A stretch of 64,000 nt of DNA from Octopus vulgaris (taxonomy: Eukaryota), in contig OX597814.1 of NCBI GenBank assembly GCA_951406725.2, positions 187,984,001 to 188,048,000 of the forward strand. Direction: 5' to 3'. Both the position numbers and the translations under genes were made by a program. The notes under the pieces are model-generated. The model was not told the DNA's origin. It ran no database searches and saw only the letters and a program-made list of their open reading frames with translations. Shown here piece after piece: positions 54,137 to 64,000 of this stretch. Numbering within the stretch: position 1 is the stretch's first letter; the number at the start of each line of letters is the position of its first letter.

Positions 54137-56792
54137 TTTGTAATTCTCTTTGCTACTCTCCTTAACATTGAGCCCTTTGTGATTAACATTGAGCCTTTTG
54201 TGATTAACATTGAGCCTTTTGTAATTCTCTTTGCTACTCTCCTTAACATGAGCCTTTTGTAATTAACATTGTGCCTTTTGTAATTCTCTTTGCTACTCTC
54301 CTTAACATGAGCCTTTTGTAATTAACATTGTGCCTTTTGTAATTCTCTTTGCTACTCTCCTTAACATTGTGCCTTTTGTAATTCTCTTTGCTACTCTCCT
54401 TAACATTGAGTCCATTGTGATTAACATTGAGCCCTTTGTGATTAACATTGAGCCTTTTGTGATTAACATTGAGCCTTTTGTGATTAATATTGAGCCTTTT
54501 GTAATTCTCTTTGCTACTCTCCTTAACATGAGCCTTTTGTAATTAACATTGTGCCTTTTGTAATTCTCTTTGCTGCTCTCCTTAACATTGAGTCCTTTGT
54601 GATTAACATTGAGCCCTTTGTGATTAACATTGTGCCTTTTGTAATTCTCTTTGCTACTCTCCTTAATATTGAGTCCTTTGTGATTAATATTGAGCCTTTT
54701 GTGATTAACATTGTGCCTTTTGTAATTCTCTTTGAAACTCTCCTTAACATTGAGTCCTTTGTGATTAACATTGAGCCTTTTGTGATTAACATTGTGCCTT
54801 TTGTAATTCTCTTTGCTACTCTCCTTAACATTGAGCCTTTTGTAATTCTCTTTGCTACTCTCCTTAATATTGAGTCCTTTGTGATTAACATTGAGCCTTT
54901 TGTGATTAACATTGTGCCTTTTGTAATTCTCTTTGCTACTCTCCTTAACATTGAGCCTTTTGTAATTCTCTTTGCTACTCTCCTTAATATTGAGTCCTTT
55001 GTGATTAACATTGAGCCTTTTGTGATTAACATTGTGCCTTTTGTAATTCTCTTTGCTACTCTCCTTAACATTGAGCCCTTTGTGATTAATATTGAGCCTT
55101 TTGTGATTAACATTGTGCCTTTTGTAATTCTCTTTGCTACTCTCCTTAACATTGAGCCCTTTGTGATTAATATTGAGCCTTTTGTAATTAACATTGTGCC
55201 TTTTGTAATTCTCTTTGCTACTCTCCTTAACATTGAGCCCTTTGTGATTAATTTTGAGCCTTTTGTAATTAACATTGTGCCTTTTGTAATTCTCTTTGCT
55301 ACTCTCCTTAACATTGAGCCCTTTGTGATTAATATTGAGCCTTTTGTAATTAACATTGTGCCTTTTGTAATTCTCTTTGCTACTCTCCTTAACATTGAGC
55401 CCTTTGTGATTAATATTGAGCCTTTTGTAATTAACATTGTGCCTTTTGTAATTCTCTTTGCTACTCTCCTTAACATTGAGCCCTTTGTGATTAATATTGA
55501 GCCTTTTGTAATTAACATTGTGCCTTTTGTAATTCTCTTTGCTACTCTCCTTAACATTGAGCCCTTTGTGATTAATATTGAGCCTTTTGTAATTAACATT
55601 GTGCTTTTTGTAATTCTCTTTGCTACTCTCCTTAACATTGAGCCCTTTGTGATTAATATTGAGCCTTTTGTAATTAACATTGTGCCTTTTGTAATTCTCT
55701 TTGCTACTCTCCTTAACATTGAGCCCTTTGTGATTAACATTGAGCCTTTTGTGATTAACATTGAGCCTTTTGTAATTCTCTTTGCTACTCTCCTTAACAT
55801 TGAGCCTTTTGTGATTAATATTGAGCCTTTTGTAATTCTCTTTGCTACTCTCCTTAACATGAGCCTTTTGTAATTAACATTGTGCCTTTTGTAATTCTCT
55901 TTGCTGCTCTCCTTAACATTGAGTCCTTTGTGATTAACATTGAGCCCTTTGTGATTAACATTGTGCCTTTTGTAATTCTCTTTGCTACTCTCCTTAATAT
56001 TGAGTCCTTTGTGATTAACATTGAGCCTTTTGTGATTAACATTGTGCCTTTTGTAATTCTCTTTGCTACTCTCCTTAACATTGAGCCTTTTGTAATTCTC
56101 TTTGCTACTCTCCTTAATATTGAGTCCTTTGTGATTAACATTGAACCTTTTGTGATTAACATTGTGCCTTTTGTAATTCTCTTTGCTACTCTCCTTAACA
56201 TTGAGCCTTTTGTAATTCTCTTTGCTACTCTCCTTAATATTGTGTCCTTTGTGATTAACATTGAGCCTTTTGTAATTCTCTTTGCTACTCTCCTTAACAT
56301 TGAGCCTTTTGTAATTCTCTTTGCTACTCTCCTTAACATGAGCCTTTTGTGATTAACATTGTGCCTTTTGTAATTCTCTTTGCTACTCTCCTTAACATTG
56401 AGCCTTTTGTAATTCTCTTTGCTACTCTCCTTAACATTGAGCCTTTTGTGATTAATATTGAGCCTTTTGTAATTAACATTGTGCCTTTTGTAATTCTCTT
56501 TGCTACTCTCCTTAACATTGAGCCCTTTGTGATTAACATTGAGCCTTTTGTAATTCTCTTTGCTACCCTCCTTAACATTGAGTCCTTTGTGATTAACATT
56601 GAGCCCTTTGTGATTAACATTGAGTCTTTTGTAATTAACATTGAGCCTTTTGTAATTCTCTTTGCTACCCTCCTTAACATTGAGTCCTTTGTGATTAACA
56701 TTGAGCCCTTTGTGATTAACATTGAGTCTTTTGTAATTAACATTGAGCCTTTTGTAATTCTCTTTGCTACTCTCCTTTACATGAGCCCTTGT
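54137..56792. repeat. Compound minisatellite of 21-bp and 39-bp units with higher-order structure
   Basis: Units gtgattaacattgagcctttt and gtaattctctttgctactctccttaacattgagcctttt. Confidence 0.97.
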
Positions 56793-57730
56793 GGTCAACA
56801 GTAAAAATCGTTATTCGGTTACACTAGTAATTAACTGTTCGTATGCTGTTTTATCACGTTCTCTTTACAGTCGTCGGTTTTCAATAATATAACATAAACT
56901 TATGAAGAGGAATCATTTATAAAATCGAGTGTCAACAAATCAGATTCAGTACTTAAAGATTTATTTCTTCGAATTTCTGTGTTAAATCAGAGATCATTTG
57001 TGATACAGAAGATCTTAGGGACATTCTATTTTCTGAAGAATTTCTTTAATATTTTTTTCGGGAACACAAAAAGTGTAGCTCTTTGCCTTGGTTAACATAC
57101 GAATGTAAAGAAATGTTTTAGGTAAAAGATATTTCATTCAAGAATTGCTTATTTATGAAGTGAAATACTACACAGCTAAAACATTCTAAAAAGTGATTAG
57201 TTAATGAAATTCAGCCATAATGCCTTTTCTTTTGTTTACCAAAGTCTAAGTGTGTTTCTTTGAATGACTCATTTACGAGTGCAGAATGTCAAAGCAATAA
57301 CAAAAAGAAAGCTCATTTATGCATGTGTGATTGCAATTTTGTTCTTTTATTAGAATGCGTTTTTTTAATGCTTGAAATATTTTTTGCTCTGTGCCTGGTT
57401 GCAGAGAGCAGTCATCAGCGTATCCTCTTAGCAACTGGCTATTTCACACAACAGTCACATAACAGCCATTATACCAGCGCTCTAATGCAGCAGTTTATGA
57501 TGCATGAAAGAAGAAGACATGTACTTTTTTTTAATGTATAATCTTTGTTTCTTTAGAACCATTAATAGATTAGTTAGCTTGCCGTTGGATAACAATACAA
57601 TGCTAAAACAAACAAACAAAATAAACAACACAAGGCACGGCAGCTCTTAAAAGAAAGAGTAACGTCCCTTGATAGCATATTTGAGAAGAAATGACGTCAG
57701 TGGAGTGATAATGATGGTACTTGTTTCTGG

Positions 57731-57781
57731 TTACACCCTCGTGTACCTGGAGTTCATTGTAGCGCCGTTGCATGTTGTTTT
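57731..57781 (-). CDS. Terminal exon of the FABP/iLBP-family gene (KTTCNGATMNSRYTRV*)
   Basis: Minus-strand acceptor ttcatcttttacag; 51 nt, phase 0, ending TAA; length and pattern match FABP exon 4 (TLT.G..VC.R.Y.K). Confidence 0.8.
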   Translation of the reverse strand, partial: KTTCNGATMNSRYTRV

Positions 57782-58611
57782 CTGTAAAAGATGAAACAAT
57801 AGCGTCATGCAGGAAATAAAACACCGACAAGAAAAGACGCACAAAGAAAGTATCATATTACCAACTTATATTTTCTTTCTTGTCAGAATATATTAATATT
57901 CTGACAACAAGAAAAGACAGAAAAAACAAGAAAATAAAAAAGCATGTGAGGGCAGTTTTTCCGCATGATGATCAGACATAACCATAGACATATCTTTTTC
58001 ATGCAGAATTTATATTGTCTACAAAAATCAGCATTCGACATGTATATCTTCATTTTCATTCTGCATCAGACTAACTCACAAAATGCTATAAAAACATTTG
58101 CATCTAATTTAAGAACATTCCGGCTTTTACACATTTTTTTAAAAACAACAAATGAATTTTCTTTCATTTTTCTTATACCACGCTCATTTTAAGTGCATCT
58201 TATACACTTAAAAATTGGTTTCGGTTTATAATGCGTAAAATCCACATCGTCTGAGAATGTGTTGTAGAGAATCTTTCCAACAGAAATTCACAGCCACATG
58301 GCCTCTAAACTGAAATGGTTGTGCAGTTTATTTTCTTTCAGTTTTAAATTTAGCCACTGCGATAACATAGGAAACCAATGTTTCTCTGATCAGTCTACAT
58401 AAGACAAATCAGTTTAGTATTTGAGAACTGTCGTTGCAAAACTGACCTTAAATCACTCTTTAAAGTGAATTCTTTTGTATGTGGAAGACAAGCATAAGTA
58501 CTATATATATCTCAGAGAAAACAATGATAAAGTTTCTTCCTTTCTTCCCGTTTGTAAGAAAGATCATCACGAAAACAAGTACGTGAACTTCCTGAAAATT
58601 GAGTTTGTTAC

Positions 58612-58719
<108 letters not shown>

Positions 58720-59369
58720 CATACGCATATGTAAATATATGCACATATACACCAACCCCTGCTGCTAAGCGTAAGCTATAAACAATTTTTTAAGATATCG
58801 AATTTCGATACAGGAAAAACAACATTCTGCGTAAATAAACCACTATTGTTTCTGAAAGTTGTTTTCTATACTTTCTACGGACTGCTCGAAGCTTACTATC
58901 TTTCTACACATTGATTCTTGGATCTTACCTTTACTTATTACTATATATATATACATATGTATATATATCTCGTTGCTATTATGTTAAACTGTTGTATGTC
59001 CAAATTTGGGCAAATGCGTTTTTTTCACTATTTAATTTGCTTGTAGTAGCCAGTTCTTTTGGTCAAACTATTGTATCTCCAGCTACTTCGATGCCAAGAT
59101 ATGAAAATTGTCAAAGTGTAGTACAACGGTTCAGCATTTTTCAAGAATGTAGTTAGTCCCACATATGACTGTTTTACAAAAATACTTCTGACTGAAAATA
59201 TCACACATACATGGAGTTACGATTTTATGCGCCCAACAAAGTATTATTGTTAATCTGAAACTGTTGCTAAAGTAAAAAGAAACGGAATAGTGAAACTATG
59301 TTTTCATTTCCTGTAAAAGCAACGTTTTGGACTTACGACACTTTTGCATAATAGCAACGATATATACAC

Positions 59370-59839
59370 AAAGACACTCGTTGTTATATTCTTGTTGTTT
59401 GTATTTGTAATTGTGTACATGTTCTCATTTTTGTCCTTGTTGCCGTATACATTCGCTAGCTTTCTTACAAAAAACTAATGCTCTTAGCTTAGACCTTTTT
59501 TGGAGGCAACCAGATTGAACTGTCTCAAGTGTAACTGCCCGAAACGTTAACGACATCTGGTCACTTCACTGAAGAAAGAAGGCCACGAATGGCCTGTCCT
59601 TTTTTACCCTGTCCTAATTATTGTTTCTCTTGTCCGCCTTTTGTATCGTCTATATGTCCGAATGCTTTATTGTCCTCTATTGAGTATTTGTCCCATTTTT
59701 ATATTTATATATACATACAGCGGTGTACGTACACACTTGTGCTCACCTTATAGTAAGTGCATATCTAAATTTTGTACGACTCTTTTACTCTATCTTTTAG
59801 TTCCCCCATACTTTCTTCCTCTTTTCTTTTTCTCGCTAC

Positions 59840-59881
<42 letters not shown>

Positions 59882-60262
59882 TTTCTCACACTTTTGCTCC
59901 TCAATTATTTCCTATGTCCCTGCCTTTAGGTTTTCACTTCATACACGCCTGCTCAATTTGATTCATTCTTAGTCGAAAGACACCTGTTGTTATATTCTTG
60001 TTGCTGCGTACCATGTTCTCTGATTTTGTCCTTGTTGCCGAATACATTCACTAGGTTTCTCACAAAAAATCTAATGCTCTTATCTTAGACGTTTTTGGGA
60101 GCAACCAGATCGGACTGTCTCAAGTGTAACTGCCCGAAACGGTAACGACATCTGGTCACTTGACTGAAGAAAAAAGACCACAAATGATCCGTCCTTTTTT
60201 TCCCTGTTCTTCTAATCGTTGCTTCGCCTGTTCGCCTTTGCATCGCCTATGTGTCCGAATGT
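59370..60262 (+). mobile_element. Direct-repeat (pseudo-LTR-like) element: two ~290-bp units about 600 bp apart around a (TC)n core
   Basis: 59370-59665 is similar to 59976-60262. Confidence 0.7.
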
Positions 60263-60375
60263 GTGCATGAGAGAGTACACAAAGACAAGGAAAAATAGTG
60301 TAAAGAATTATACTTTCAAATTAGACAGATAGATAAAAAGATAGCAAGATATACATAAATATCTCTCTCTTTCTC

Positions 60376-60447
<72 letters not shown>

Positions 60448-60461
60448 CATGTCTGCCTGTT

Positions 60462-60524
<63 letters not shown>

Positions 60525-60557
60525 GTATGTATGTATGTATGTATGTATGTATGTATG

Positions 60558-60588
<31 letters not shown>

Positions 60589-61514
60589 ATTGCTGGTGAC
60601 ATTTTTGATAAATTACTAACAGATAATGGATAAAGGAAAAGGTTTAACTTGCATCAGATATGAATGAAGACTGACTAAAAAGAAAATGTACTTCTGTTTG
60701 TATTGGCTAATAAATACCAATGTAACCTTGATAATGACAAGTCAATTATACGTACCACCACAAGCTGTTTAAGACTCTAATAACGTAGACTTCCTTAAAG
60801 TCTGAAACTACTGAGATTTCGACCAAAGAAAAGTTAGAAAGCTTCAAGACTGGTCTTCAATGTAGCATTTAATATCGAACGTCTTAAAAACGACACGGAT
60901 TTCCAGATCCCGGTAAACAGCTATTTAGAGTAAGCAATATGTCCTAGAATTAACTGTAATTAGAACTGTCAGAGACATTAGATTACAATAGTATTACAAT
61001 AGTCTTAATTACTGTCTGAACCGATTGCCTTATCTATTAACCATTCGTTCATGGTGCAATCTTTGTGAAGTCTCTACATTTCCAGGTCAGGCAACAGTGC
61101 AGTCATGTCAATGTCTGGTCATTTTGTATCAACTAACAAAGCTTTTAGGACTTTATCAATGACTATTTTAATAATATTGAGAGCGGTTTATATTTTAGAA
61201 AAAGGTGTTCAATTGTAAGAACGAAGAGGTGTTGTTATTTGGATCCAAAAGCATTCAAGACAGCATCCCCCCACCGCACGCCATATATTACTTTATCCAG
61301 GAATCGTGTAGCCTCGACTAGATTACTCTTTTAGAAGAGTAATGTTTCAGTCATTTGACTGCGGCCATGCTGGAGCACCGCCTTTAGTCGAGCAAATCGA
61401 CCCCAGGACTTATTCTTTGTAAGCCTAGTACTTATTCTATCGGTCTCTTTTGCCGAACCGCTAAGTTACAGGGACGTAAACACGCCAGCCTCGGTTGTCA
61501 AGCGATGTCGGGGA

Positions 61515-61567
<53 letters not shown>

Positions 61568-62452
61568 GCATATACATATATACGACGGGCTTCTTTCAGT
61601 TTCCGTCTACCAAATCCACTCACAAGGCTTTGGTCGGCCCGAGGCTATAGTAGAAGACACTTGTCCAAGGTGCCGCGCAGTGGGAATGAATCCGGAAGCA
61701 TGTGGTTCGTAAGCAAGCTACTTGCCTCACAGAGACTCCTGCGCTTTTATTCAATATATCTTTTTCTTTTTTTAAAAAATATAACAAACCGATTAGGCAT
61801 ACTTTGAAGGTGATTTGACGGCTATGTCTAGAAGGTCGAGCGACTACGCAGAAGCTTCCTCGTTGTTGATAATGTTACCGCTTCTGCTATATAGCTCTTG
61901 GTTAACTCATAAGCGTTCCAGTCGTGACAAGCCTGTCTTTTGTTTTAAGAATAGGATACACATTATTGTAGTGTATCCTTTACTTTATTTTATCAACCTC
62001 GAAAAGATGAAATGTAAAGACGACCTCGGCGAAATTTGAACTCAGAACGCAAGATCTGACGAAATGCCGTTAAGAGTTTTGTCGGTAGTGTTAACGATTC
62101 TGCCAATTATACCAATGTAGTAGGGTGGTTTTCGTCGTTTCTTAGGGCGCAGAAGTCTTTAGTTTTGTATACGCATGTCTGTGTGTTTGCACGTGTAGAT
62201 GCGTTGTACTCACGCAAACACACATGCACGAACAAGCGCATGCATTTTTGTACACACGTACGCGTGGTGTTTGCATATGTCTATATATACTCTTTTACTC
62301 GTTTCAGTCATTAGACTGTGGCCATGCTGGAGCACCGCCTTTAGTCGAGCAAATCGCCCCCAGGACTTATTCTTTGTAAGCCTAGTACTTATTCTATCGG
62401 GCTCGTTTGCCGAACCGCTAAGTTACGGGGACGTAAACACACACACACACAT

Positions 62453-62491
<39 letters not shown>

Positions 62492-62991
62492 CATATATAC
62501 GACGGGCTTCTTTCAGTTTCCGTCTACCAAATTCACTCACAAGGCTTTGGTCGGCCCAAGGCTATAGTAGAAGACAGTTGCCCAAGGTGCCACGCAGTGG
62601 ACTGAACCCGGAACCATGTGGTTTGGTAAGCAACCTACTTACCACACAGCCACTCCTACACCTAGCTACTTACCACACAACAGGTACTTAATTTATCGAC
62701 TCCAAAGGATGAAAGACTAAATCGGCTTCAACGGAATTTGAACCCAGAACGTAAAGAGGGATGAAATTTCGTCAAGCATCTTGTTCGGCATGCCAATGAT
62801 GCTGCTACTCTCCGCCTTACAACAACTCCAAAATATTAACAGGTGAAATCTGACTGAGACCGCAAAAAACCCGTAATAACGCAAAGCCTTTTCGTCGGCT
62901 CTCTAACGCTTTAGCAGATACACTATACTGAAGACCGCTTTCTCGTCTTACTTTAGATACAACAATAGGAAACAAGCATGAGAATACTTAC

Positions 62992-63102
62992 CACAATCAT
63001 ATTGCCATTTTCTATCCTCCGAATAATATGCATCTCGGCACCTTGTAGACTCTCTCCCGTATGTTTCTCAACGAATTTATCTCCATCAGCTGTAATGATA
63101 CT
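62992..63102 (-). CDS. Penultimate exon (exon 3 equivalent) of an FABP/iLBP-family gene (SIITADGDKFVEKHTGESLQGAEMHIIRRIENGNMIV)
   Basis: Minus-strand acceptor ttttcttttgcag and donor GTG|gtaagt; 111 nt, phase 0-0; aligns by eye with FABP exon 3 (S.VTLDG.KLV...T.IVRE..DGKL.). Confidence 0.8.
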
Positions 63103-63121
63103 CTGCAAAAGAAAATGCAAG

Positions 63122-63189
<68 letters not shown>

Positions 63190-63190
<1 letters not shown>

Positions 63191-63522
63191 TCATGTTTGA
63201 TTTTTGCTTTACGTTTGTACAAGTTGGCTCCAAGTCTCACCCAGAGACCTCAAGAGACAACAAGTTGGAAGTTCATGTTGGTGTTATGCCTAGGGTGCCA
63301 TATATTTCGTTTTGTACATAGTGTTGTTCTAGAGAATGTTTAAGAAACCATAAGAAAATTATGTTTGTTTTAAAACTTGAGATTACATAGAAAGTATTTT
63401 GCGTAGGATATGAGCAGTTCCCATGAGCACTATCTTTAGAATTTATACCATTTTGGGGTTTTCTGGTATTTGAGCTAGGTAGCTATCAGCTCCTTTTGCT
63501 ATCATTCCCAGGGCACCTATTA
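63190..63522 (-). mobile_element. 3' end of an R4/Dong-like restriction-like-endonuclease LINE in (TAA)n
   Basis: Minus strand IIGALGMI...*ILKIVLMGTAHILRKILSM* then a 3' UTR running into (TAA)n; triplet repeats on both flanks. Confidence 0.75.
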
Positions 63523-63524
63523 TT

Positions 63525-63632
<108 letters not shown>

Positions 63633-64000
63633 TCAAGTTGGAAGTTATATAAGGAAATCATAATGTCCGTATTTATTCTCAAAGTATTTGTATTTGTTTG
63701 CCAAACGAAACTTGAAACATATTCTAAAACGTAAACCTGTTTCGAGACGTACATTATTAGAATGCTATTATATTTCCTATGATTCATGTATTCTCTTCAG
63801 GAAAATATGTAATTAGTTGCATCTAGATATGAGCCAACACTTTACGGTGGAAATTAGCAATGCGGGTTCAAATCTCGATCGAGCTAATTCCCTCAACACT
63901 TTCAGTCTACGGTCTCAATAATTTCCATCTCAGTAATTTCTCTCAGCTATTTCCATCCGTGGTCCACAACATTGAGAGGGATGGATTTCACCATTCTGAA

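Noticed and set aside
54137-56792. CRISPR-like repeat-spacer appearance
   Set aside because: No unique spacers, eukaryotic context and no cas genes
54302-56804. Long ORFs up to 445 aa on both strands
   Set aside because: A consequence of stop-free 21/39-bp repeat units; interrupted by 1-bp deletions; no convincing start or splice context

Overview
AT-rich, microsatellite-dense eukaryotic DNA whose SINE families point to an octopus (cephalopod) genome. Two host genes are supported. The first is the 3' end of a SEC16-like COPII scaffold gene on + (exons 1121-1200, 1981-2046 and 14404-14553, a candidate cassette exon at 11273-11386, and a 3' UTR to about 16.4 kb). The second is the last two exons of an intracellular lipid-binding (FABP-family) gene on - (62992-63102 and 57731-57781). 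The rest is mostly mobile DNA: at least four tRNA-derived SINE families, decayed Penelope-like, Tx1, R4/Dong, RTE and CR1 retroelement pieces, mariner, pogo-like, hAT, piggyBac-like and Helitron-like non-autonomous elements, and a 2.6-kb minisatellite. Almost all ORFs in the supplied track are microsatellite or SINE artefacts. The most interesting signal is a set of short non-coding elements embedded in microsatellites. They carry type I hammerhead ribozyme cores (33268-33302, 40552-40586, 40929-41008, 49707-49775), long fold-back arms, and a recurring covarying pseudoknot in which the two hammerhead core words occur in reversed order (about 28.7, 41.5, 59.5 and 60.1 kb). This suggests a diversified Penelope/retrozyme-like RNA system. 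All calls were made by eye without database searches.
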